From Chrysomallon squamiferum (taxonomy: Eukaryota; Animalia; Mollusca): DNA of 64,000 nucleotides. Below the pieces are notes generated by a model, which was given only the letters and a program-made list of their open reading frames with translations, made no database searches and had not been told where the DNA came from. Location: assembly GCA_012295275.1 (NCBI GenBank), contig CM022671.1:7254001-7318000 (forward strand). Direction: 5' to 3'. A program made the translations under genes and the position numbers. Shown here in pieces: positions 43,778 to 56,000 of this stretch. How positions within the stretch are numbered: the first letter of the stretch is position 1; each line of letters opens with the position of its first letter.

Positions 43778-43915
43778 CTGCGAAACAAAAAAAATAAATA
43801 ATAATAATAATAATAGTATAAAGAAAATAGCAAAAATAAAACCAATGAAATATATTTTAACAAGGTTTTTAAAATATATTTCAAAATTTTCATTAGTTAT
43901 GTTATATTTTATCAT

Positions 43916-43950
<35 letters not shown>

Positions 43951-46900
43951 TATATTTATTTATTCATTTTTCTATCTAAAGACAATTTTAACAAAATCTC
44001 CAGGAAGACTAATCCATGATTACTGCCATCATCAAAAAGTAACTAGTATCAAATAACCTTTTCTGTTCTTATCAGGGTATCATTTTTCATTTTATTTTTT
44101 TTTTTTTTTTTCAAATTTTCAAAAAATTCTTTATGAAGGTAATTTAACTCACCATGTGCGTTTAGTGTCAAAGAAGAGGACCAGGTAGACAAATTCGTCA
44201 TGGTGCCGCTGCAACTGAAGCACGTCAACAGGAGGAACTGGGATGGCCACACCGTTGTGGAAAGTAACCTGTCTTTGGCATCTTGGGGTTAATTATCTGC
44301 AGAGACAGAAAGAAAAAACAAAAATACAGTGAATAATCTTTTACTTCATCATAAAAACATGTAACAATTATTACAATTTTCTCAAATACAAAAACATCTG
44401 AAATATTTTACAACAAAGATTACCATTTTTTTTTTTTTAACTCATTTTATTAATTTATTTATTTACTTATTTGTTTTATTATTATATGTTTTTTCTTGAA
44501 GACTGCATCATCTTAATTTACTGTTTTTCAACTGTTACTTGATATTAATTATTAACATTAATTAACAATTTCTGCAACAGAAGTATTCTTGGTTTGAAAA
44601 CACTTGAAAAAAACACAATTACAAAATAATTATTTTTTTCAGATATTAAGTTTTAAAATGTGGCTTAAGCATCACAAATTTAGTACTAATGCTTCTGGCA
44701 ACCTGAAGAAAATCATTATTTATAACCATGTGTTACATTAGCTTATATTTGTTATGTGGTCATCCAAAAACTGATTTTGCCATGTCATCATAAAAAGTTT
44801 CTCTACTAAAAAGGTATTTTTGATATCCAAACTAGGCATATCTTGAAATTCAAAGTGCATGTACTAAATTGATGTGAATAATATACCCATTTGTTAATTA
44901 AATCTGAATGCTGTGACAGTTGGTGAAAAAAAAATAAAAATAAAAAAAATATAACAACTCTGGACTGAGATATAAAGCTTACCACAAAAAAATGCAAACA
45001 ATAACAAAAAATAAAATATAACAATAAAATAAAATTATTGAAAATAATAAATAAAAAATATTAAACTATAAAAATAAATATAAACAAAACAGAGAAATAT
45101 AGATAAAATTGTAAAATATAAATTAATATAAATAAAGAACATGCCTCCTAACACAACATTCACACAGCCCCAGCTCTGACAATATCACTGTGATTTCCCA
45201 TCACGATAAAAACTATGACAACACAGCACAGACCAGCTTGTTTTGCGACTGACCACTGGACATTTTTACATGCAACTGTCGCCATTCAAGCATTAGAATC
45301 TGAAAGCAGCTGTGTTTACAAAGAACTGACAGTTATAACAGTCCTCAAAGGCAGTTTTGAAATTCAGTTTATTCTGTCTTGTAGATCTGTTAGAACGGCA
45401 TTAATCTGATATAAAATTTTAAGCTGGTGACACAGTGGTTTAGTGAATAACTAGACATTAAATTTAAAAAAAAAAAAAAAATTAAATGATAAATTATTCA
45501 AAACTGTGTCAAGCAACATTAAAAAGATTTTTTTGCTTTCCCTCCACTTTCAATGTAAAATTTTGATGACTTTGTAAAGAAATGTGCTTCAAGGTCAACC
45601 GCTGATGATCATGATAATGAGCTACATAATGATGAAGAAATACACTGTGAAAATTACTCTGACTTTAACATTAAATACATTTCAGTTTCTGAATTCAGTG
45701 TTCATCATGCATGGCTCTACATCAAATATTTAACATAATTCATCTTCACAACTAAAAGATTATCAATTTGTACCATAGCTACAGATTCATTAATTAAGCT
45801 CTGTTTGTATTAGTAGTGAACTTGTTTAGGAAAATGGCTGTGTCTACTCAGGAGTGGTTAGCTAACTAGTGAAAAGGAGATGTTATGTGAAATGTGAAGT
45901 GATCATGTAGTGAAGGAAATGTTAGTGAAACATGCTTATGTAGATGTTTCTCTTCATGACTACTGTACATTTTAAAAAAAATAAATAAAATAAAATAAAA
46001 TAAAATAAAATCTAATTATATCAATCCATTTTATTAAAAAAAAAAAAAAAAAAATCTGCATGGAAATGATTTTAAAAATGATATATAATTATTATTATAA
46101 TGTGTTTGGGGCAATAGTTACTTCAGCATATTCATCAGAAAGTTAAAACATTTGAAATACACATAGCATATCATTATTCTTAGTTTTTAAAAATGAACAA
46201 TAAATATAAATACTGATTAATACAGTTATTCATGACAAACAAAAGAACTGTTAATTTTTCACTTGTTCCAACACATGAACAAAATAATTCAGAACAAATA
46301 AATGATGAACAAAAGGCAATGAAATGTCTATCAGTATACAAAAATTTAATTTTTAAATTGGGCAACTTAAAAATCAATATACTTAAGTCAAAAACAAGAA
46401 TAAAAAAATTAAATAATAAATAAATAAATAAATAAAAATAAGGTTTTCTTAAAGACAGTAGAAGAAAGATGGTGAGCCTTCAACTTAGCAACAGTCAGCT
46501 GAAAATACTTTTTAAAAATTATTTTATATATATATATAAAAATTTAAATTTTTTATTAAAATATTTTTGCTTTCCACATCAGATTTCAAAAGGTTTATAT
46601 TTCGACACAAAAGTTTATTTCTTCTTGTTTAAGTTGTTGACAACAGGTCCTTATCACTCACAAAAAAAGAGAGTGAAATAAAAAAATATATATATATACT
46701 CAAGTAATTAAAGGTATTATTTTAAACTAGATTCCCTGTTGTTACATTTTCCAGCCTCTGTTGCTAAGCTGAAGAGTGCAAGACAAAACATGACAGTGGA
46801 AAGAGAAAGAGGTCAGATGTGTACATGTTACTAAGGTGTGCTTCAATAAGAGTAACAAACATCATACACTATTAATACAAAGAATTTACAAAGCCTTCAT

Positions 46901-48762
46901 GCCACTTTTTCAATGCAACTATAATGTATTATGTACTGTATGTAAAGCATTCATTTTTAATTATGCTATTATTTTTAATAACCATCGGAATTTAAAAAAA
47001 ACAATAATAATAATAAATTCAATTTATAGTTTTATTGTAACTGTTTTTTTTTTTTTTAAGTTGCACCCCCATTTGAATTTTAAAAACTAATAAAAAAAAA
47101 AGAGATTAATAATAACTTTGATTTTATCAATCTGTACTTAAAAAAAAAAAAAAAAAAAAAAAAAAGTTCTTGTAATAACCAATAAATAACCAAAAAAAAA
47201 AAAAAATAATAATAATAATAAATAAAAATAAAATTACAAATATTTATTTGAGAATTCATGTAATAACACCAAATAAATGATGATAAATTTAATTGAATAC
47301 GATGACTTGGTCACGCTTTCTAATTTGAAAAAATAAAAAATAAAAAATAAATAAATAAATGTATTTAACCTTTTTTTATTTTTATTTTTATTTTTTTTAA
47401 AATATTTATTTAATTTCTAAATAGGGCAAGTTAAGCTATTTAGGAGGAACTGTTCATGTTTTGCCACTCACCAGAGCAGGATACCACGGGTATCCCCGAC
47501 ACTTGGCCCATACCAAGTCCAGAGGCTCAAGAGCCAAGACATCATCCGAGTCAAAGCTGGGACTTCTTCTTGGTCGAGCTGAAGCAAATATATAATGTAA
47601 GCCTCAGTTCCCAGTTAACACAAATTTATATCACATTTTAATCCACTCTAAAGATACGTGTAATCATAACCCAAGTAATATACAGAGATTATTAAACATG
47701 TTCCAAACATAGCAAAAAAAACAGAAGAGAAAAAAAAAAAAAAAAAAAAAAGATTAAAAAAAATGTATAAAATATAAATATATATATATATATAGCTTTC
47801 CATTCCATTAAGTGAACTGGTATCTCTTGGAAACTGAATACTCTGGTTGATATACCCACCACACACACAAACACACACGCACACATATATATCACTGCAT
47901 ATGGCCTCTTGTTACAAATAGAATTTCAAGAAATTGAGTTTTTTAAAAAAAAATTTGGTTTTAAAATGGTGTATCTCTTATTAATCATAAACATTTTGCC
48001 ACTCGTGAAGATAAGGGATGTGCATGCTGTCAAATGAGGTATGATGGTTTGGGGAAGAGAATCGACAGTGCTAACAGACTGTTTGAAACACCTCAGTAAT
48101 AACACTGTTATTTAATGACAGGTTACCAACAGATAAAGCTCATGCGCTGAAATTTAAAACATTGGCATGCAGTATTAACACATCTGTAATAAAAACAACA
48201 ACAATAACAACAACAATGACAGTAAAACTTAATAATAACAACAACAAAAAATTGAATCTAATGCAGCTAAAATAAAATGTGACAGCAACAAAAAAAATTA
48301 TAATGTATTAATACATTTCAAAAGCATATTTAAAAGATTATGATAAATCCACTGACAGCCACTGACAGCAAGGTAAAAAAAAAAAAAAAAAATAATAATA
48401 ATAATAATAAAATAAAATAAAATAAAATAAAATAACAATAAATAAAAATGAAAATGTCATCATTTAAATATTAACTGCTGAAAGAGAAAGAAAAAACAAC
48501 ACACACAAAAAAATTAAACTGATTGTAAACTTTAAAAAAATTAAAACAGAAATTAAATATTTAGAATGATAAATTTATTAATAAAAACAATTAACCTGTC
48601 TTTTCTTAATCCTTTTCTAAATTTTTTGTTATTTTTTTTCTTGTAATAAAACTGATAAGCTATTTATCACTTCGAAGTTTTATTAACTTTTATTTTATTA
48701 TTACAGTTTAACCATAGATATTTTCTTTAGTCAAGTGATAACCGAAGAAAAGAAGTGGATTT

Positions 48763-48855
<93 letters not shown>

Positions 48856-51800
48856 GGGGAGGGGGTGCAGACAGGCTATTTCTGTCTTCTGGGAGTTGCA
48901 AGAATTAGAACATTATATTCTTTATCTCAGTAATTTCTGAATACAGTTAAACATACCTGAGCTTAATTTATTAACATTAGTAGTAACTTACTGTGGCAAT
49001 ATAGAAAATACAATTTAAAACCCCCAAAAATGTAAAAATCAATAGTTATTCAAACATATCTGTAACTATAATACTCACTTGAAAAAGTTAAATTAACTGA
49101 ACAAACTGACAGCATATAAAACTGGTTATTTACAATTCATGAACAAAAAAAATGAAAAGCTAAATTTAAAAATATTATCTTCAAACTGTTTGAATTCCAC
49201 GTATTTATTTAAATTTGTACTAGCTTTAGAGAAATATCAAAATATGAAATGAAGGTGAACAGAAAATAGAGAATACATGAAATAAAAAATTATCTACATT
49301 TTCAGAGTTTCTGCCAGAAGAAGAAGAAGAAAAAACACTTTCATAAAAATATTGAGATTCTGTAGTAAAGATTAATGTTTATTTTGATTGAGCTTAATCA
49401 TTTGTACAATTGTTTTGACATATTGTCTGGGACTGAGGTTCAATTAAAAGACCATAAAATAAATTATACAAGTGTAGTTTTATTTATAGTGGGTGTAGTC
49501 GCACACTAGAATTATTTTAATTTAATTTTACCTTTCTGGCAAAATCCAAGTGACAAAAAAAAAAAAAAAAAAACATTTGGTTTTCTTCATTACAGGTTAA
49601 GTGTAAGTAACAAACTTTAAAAAAAAAAAAAAAAAAAAATAAAAAAAATTAATTCCAGAACAAACGAAACTTTAACAATGTCTTTTGTAACACAACTAGG
49701 ACTTTAAAAAAAAAAAGAAAAGAAATATAATTGAAAAATAAACTCAAACAAACAAAAAACTAACACAACAGTATTACCATGGCTTCTTTTAGGTTTTGTC
49801 GACTTGTTATCGTGACTTCTAGTTACTATGGAATAATTTGTGTTGGTGTTCTGTGACCATTTTATAAATGATCTATTTGAAGTGTTGGGTTTCGGTAAAG
49901 ATCTAAAAACACTGTCTCTTTTCAAATGACTATTGTTCTTCTTCAAAGTATTGCACTGACGTAAACTGTGCTTCTTAACAAAACATTTTTTCTTCATCTT
50001 ACCAGTTCCTGATGTCGGTGGTCTTTGTGGACATTTTATTTTATCAGTCCCTGCTGATTTCCTTGTCTTGGTTGGTTTCAACTTATCGTGCTTAATATTA
50101 TTTTGTTTCATTTTGGAAGAGGTAGCTTCAGTTCCAGAACTTTTTGTACCAACTGAATTTCGTCCATTACGAGATACCTGTCCACCATTGACTGGCATAT
50201 GTCTACAATGGTCTGTCAAATATACATGCCTTTTATAGGTGCTGACAGCCTCATCACTGTCCATGTGAACCTCCACCATAATAGCATGTGATTTAAAAGC
50301 CTCTTCATTTTTCTTTTTATTGCTACAGCCTGCTGAATTCAATCTGGTATTCTGTTCAGTTCGAATACTTGACTTTATCATCTTTCTACTCCTTTTGCTA
50401 GTTCTAAGATTTCTTGTTTGGCTGTTGTCAACCATTCGATCTAATAGGACAGATATATTTGTTTATTTAAAAATGACATTCTTTGAAAGGGTAAGTTTTA
50501 AGGCCCAAAAACCAAAAGCAGAAACAATAAGATTAGCATTAAAGAATAAAAGTTACCTGAAATTCTGATGAATATTTTTCATTTAAAAAAATATAAATAA
50601 ATTTTAAAACCCACAGATGATAATAATCATCATCATCATCATTCAGCCACAAATGTAAGAAATCACCAGTTTTTCTTTGTATAATTTCTATGTGTCACTA
50701 TTCTCTTTAGTATTTATCCTAAACTGCCTGTAACGTAACTATACTTAATTTATATAAAACATATACGATGACATTCATGGCAAATTAGATTTGAATTCTA
50801 ATACCAATATTGTTCAGTAAATCAGTATTATATTATTTTATTTGAGCTCTTAAGGATGTTTTGAAATGCCAACACAATATAAAGTTTGTTTATAAGCTTT
50901 TATAAGCTTTTTTATAAGTAATATTTCAAATATTTTAATTTTGTTGTTACAAAAATAACATCTGTCCTGAACTAGAATTACTAATCTGTGAATTATACAC
51001 ATTTCTATACAAATCTTAATATGTTTGTTAATTTTATAATTAACTGTTCTTGAAAGAAATAGGATATGTGTCTGTTACAATATGAGTACAACACACTAGA
51101 AAAACATGATGCCCAGAAATAAACCAGAAACACATTTCTAACAAATAATAATTTTTAATACACGATTCAATTTTTATAGACAATTTTTATATCACAACAC
51201 AATTTCTTTGACAGTCAGCAGAATCAAGTATCTGGAACTTAAAAAATTAAAAAATTGGTAAAAAATACTTCTGGTAGTAGAACTGTTAAGTGAGGTATAT
51301 AATAATACAAAATTTATCAAGTAAATGTCACTGACAGATAGTACAAAACAGAGTAAAGTACATACAAGTCAAATCAAGTTTTTTTTTCACTTACTCTTAA
51401 TAAAATTTATAAATACCTTTATTTTAATAGCCTGAATATGTTTTTCTATGTGTACTTGAATGCATTTTATCTTAAACAGTTCAACTAGTATGCTAGGGTT
51501 CAATTTGAGTATACTTTACAATAAAAGTCTTGATTTTTATTGTCTACAAAAAACTCAATCATTACAAAATGACCCACAAAGGAGCATAATTAAAATATCA
51601 CAGTGAACATTTAGCACTCAAACCAAATAAATACAATTTAACCAACCTCACATCACAATATTCATTATTAACAATGAATCTGGCACTAAAAATTTCCAAT
51701 ATAAATCATTATTAATTTTTTTTTTTTTTTCAAAAATTTGTAACTGATAATAAAATAAATAATAATATATATATATATATTATATATAAAATCACACAAA

Positions 51801-52594
51801 GAATAATCATATCAATTTCCAATTTATGTTTATAAGCCAATAATGAAATAGTTCTTTTAAAAAATATTTTCTTATATCAATACTAATAACCTGAAAGATG
51901 AAATGTCCTTTATAAGGTGTTCATAAAAAGCTCATACTTTATAGAAGTATAAAGTTTATATACTTATATTATGTAACAAGAAACTGCAGTCAGTTATAAC
52001 AGTCAACAAACATGTTAATATTGTGGGAGAAAAAAAAAAAAGAAAAAAAAAAAGAGGTAATCTAAATAAAATGAAATGATAGAAAATTATACTTTAAAGG
52101 TTTTTCATTTCTAATGGTAGACAGGTCCACTGACTGACTGAAATTTTAATTTGTTTTACTTCTTTCTTTAATTTAAATGTTTGAAATCTAATGCTTCAAA
52201 ATGTTAACATTATTTCAGACAGCACTAAACAGTGAATCTGTATTTTTGAAAAGATAATATATTAATATGAAAAAACTAAATAATAATAATAATAATAATA
52301 ATAATTTAAAAAAATAATAATAAAGGGTTGAACTGGAGTATATAAAGCATATATTAAAATGAGATTTGGAAGACAGAGTTTGTATGAAAATAAAAAAATA
52401 AAAAAAAATAAAATAAAAAATAAAAAATTCATGGGCAGGAACAACAATCACAATCAAAACCACTAAAAGAACTAATCCCATCACCATGTTACATACATCA
52501 AACTGAACTACAGTGACACATAGCAAACAAGCAAATAAATACATCAAGCCAGAGCCTACACCCACATCCAAACTCATCCATCCATCCACCCACT

Positions 52595-52641
<47 letters not shown>

Positions 52642-53024
52642 ATGAAACACAGCAGCACACTTAAGCAAAGCACAAGACCCACCTGCAAATTTTGGCGAGC
52701 ATGATGTGGCAACAAACTTGGAAGCACAAGCAGGAAAGCTACCACATGGAGTCATGTCATCAGAACCTGAGTCTAGCTGGGGGCCACCTCGAATGTTGTT
52801 CTCTTCAGAATTATCATCTACACGCGAACCATGGGATGGAATGAAGCAGGTACAATGAACATGCTAACAGAAGGCTGGGCAAGCTATACACTTTGTCCGT
52901 CACAATCATTCATTTACATAACCAATAAATAAATCCAAAATGTAATGAACTGGGCTTCAAATTAATATTTATTATTTTTATTAGTTATTTTATTTATTTA
53001 TTTATTTAATTTATTTATTTTTCA

Positions 53025-53075
<51 letters not shown>

Positions 53076-56000
53076 TATTTTTTTAATTTATCATGCCAAA
53101 TGTTAACAAACAAAACTGGAAAGTATTTTTACATTTTTTGTACAGGTTTAAGTTTTAAATATCAATTTTTTTATTTTTTTTTTTCTATTAGCAATGATAT
53201 GCACAAAATCAAACAAAACAGTATAATAAAACAAAACAAAAATAACCTTATTTCTAAAATTAATATGAAAAAAACGTGTCACTTTGATTTACTTGTCAAA
53301 TTTGATATTATCTTTCTTTTTTTCACATAATCGAAAATCAAACAAACCATGTTTAATTATTTTCCTTGGAAATGCTTGACAAATGATGTGACAAACTAGT
53401 GAACTGAGATATCAAGTTTTAAAAATAAACATCACATAAGCATGTAAGAAAAAAACCTACAACATGCTTCTTAATAATCAAAGATATATAACTGTAAAGT
53501 GTGCATTTGAATTTGAATTTATACGTATGAATTATAAATACAATTAGTTTTCTTTTTTTTTCTAATTTTATTTATTTATTTATTTATTTATTTGGTTATT
53601 TTCCATCTAATTTTTTTAACTATTCTAATAAAAGCACAATTATGAAACATTATTATCAGTTTTTATGGTATTTGAAGATTAGAGATCAGCACCATAAAAC
53701 TTACCGAGTTAATATGATTTTGGATAAACTAGATTTCTCAGTCTCAATATTTTAAACAAAAATAATAACTGAAGATAACTAAAATAAAGATGAAGCAAAT
53801 AAAATTAACGATCAAGCTTAATGATATAACAAAAATGTACTACAGACATCACTAGAGAAAACTTAACTGTACAATCAACATATCAACAAGTTTACTACAA
53901 TTAATAATTAAATGCATTTTCATTAATGTTTAATATAATATATGTCCTAAAATAATCATTTCAAAGTTTAAAGTAATATTTTAGGCACACATTTATTTAT
54001 TTATCAGTCCTTGGCATGTCTACAGTAAATAATTTTGCTTACGATGAAAGAGACAAATAATCAACACCATTCAACACAAAACTCATACAAAATTCTGAAG
54101 CATAACAATGAAATTATTCATATTTGATAGAAACATTGTTAAAAAATAAACAAATAAATAAATAATTCAGAAACGATGAAGAAGTTGGATTAGGAAATTT
54201 TTATAAAGCTTTACAAAAAGTATACATTTATAAAAACCGAAAGCTGAGATTTTGTAAGATATATCAAAAACTGGCAAGTCTCAAAAAATGGTGGTAACTC
54301 AACCTGGGGTTCAGACACAGGCTAAGGTTTCAAGTTCAATTTCACTTAATGATGCACAGCTGATTACTCAATAGTTTTATTCATAACCAAGAACATGACG
54401 AGGGTACATTTATCGTATACAAGCTATTTGAAAATAATCATGACGTCGTTACAAGTTACAATTAATCATTTCAATTCGTAACAGGTACACAGTTTACAAA
54501 ATGTGAACAGTTAAAGTGGTATTTTAATACAACTGAACCACTATGAAAGAGTTTCACTCATACATGCTCCTTTTTACAGGATACACACACACTTTATTTC
54601 TGTTTGAGGAATTAGACCAAAATAAATTATAATAAAAAAAAATTTTTAAATTATTTTGTAGACTTGCTTTCATTAGGACCTAATCCCAATTTTATTAACA
54701 GATAACAGCATCTTATTTTTAAATTTATACAAGGTTTCTTTTTCTTCATAATTTTCAAATAATGTAAATAAATAAAAATAAAATGAAAACTATTAAATTT
54801 CCTAATTATTTATATTTTTAATAACAAAAAAAATTAAAAATTAAGAAATAAAATAACCAAAAAAGTAATAATATTAATCATTTCTTTCTATTATTTTCTG
54901 ATTAACTCTGAAGAAAAAGATATACTGGCATGATTATTATGCTTAATAATTCTCAGTTAAAAGAAATAAGCAAGCAATCTCGAAAACAAAATTAAAGCAG
55001 ACAAACAGACCAAATTATTTTTAAAACAGAAATGTGCAGAAGAAACATTTTCAGACTTGCAAAAACAGATTGCAATTAGCAAAACAAAAATAAGTTTTGA
55101 AAAAAAAAAAAAAATAATAATAAAAAAAATATATATATATTTTTAAAAATCTCCAATAACTGATGCATATAGTTAGATGTGTGAAAACTGCAATGAAATA
55201 CTTAACATTTCAAGAAGACTAAAAAATAAATAAATAATGATAAGAGAAGCACACAAAATTAATGTACTCGCATGAATGCCATGCATGTATCACACAGGCA
55301 ACAGACGAGTGTATTACAGTATGTGTCATTCATTCAAGCATTGCTCTCACCTGATCGACTGTGGCTGCTGGTACTGGAAGTGGAGCTTTCCGACAGTGAA
55401 TCATCCCCACTGCTCAAGTCAGAGGTACTTTCCGATTCTGATGCACTAAGTATATTACGATTCCGGTAACACCGAAAACTTTCCTTCTGAGGTGTAATGT
55501 CTGGCGTGTCAGTAAAATGATGCAATGATTCAGAAACAGATGAGGCTCGTTTTGGAGGCGAAGGTCTCGGATCAAGATCCAGACATGGCCCACCAGTACT
55601 AAATGCACGTTTCCTGCTGCTGGGGCTTCCTGGCCCTCTGCGCAGGGAACTAGTATCACTGTTCACTGGTGACCTTGGGGAAGAGGTGTCTGGTGGAGGT
55701 CTATGTTTTGGGGGACGGCCAGGGGAACGACCAGTCCCCTTTCGAGTCTGTGAAGCAGACACACTATCGTTTTTAGCACCACGTCCTTTTTTACTATTGA
55801 ATAAAACAGCAGTTCTTCGGTTAACACCAGAATGTGATGAGGTGTTGTCTTTTGTCTCCGTGTGCACCCCGCTCATCTTTGTCAACTCTGTACTGTGCGA
55901 CTTCTCTCCTACAAACAAATCACATTTGATGAACACACACAATGGAAACCCTAGTACAACAGCTAATATTATAAATAATTGAAACAGAACACACATATTA

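Noticed and set aside
45603-45662. TGATGA...CTGA resembling a C/D box snoRNA
   Set aside because: On the strand opposite the host gene, and no terminal stem or rRNA guide recognised
55686-55982. Plus-strand ORFs overlapping BRPF exons (also 47456, 50320, 55272)
   Set aside because: Antisense shadows of real coding exons
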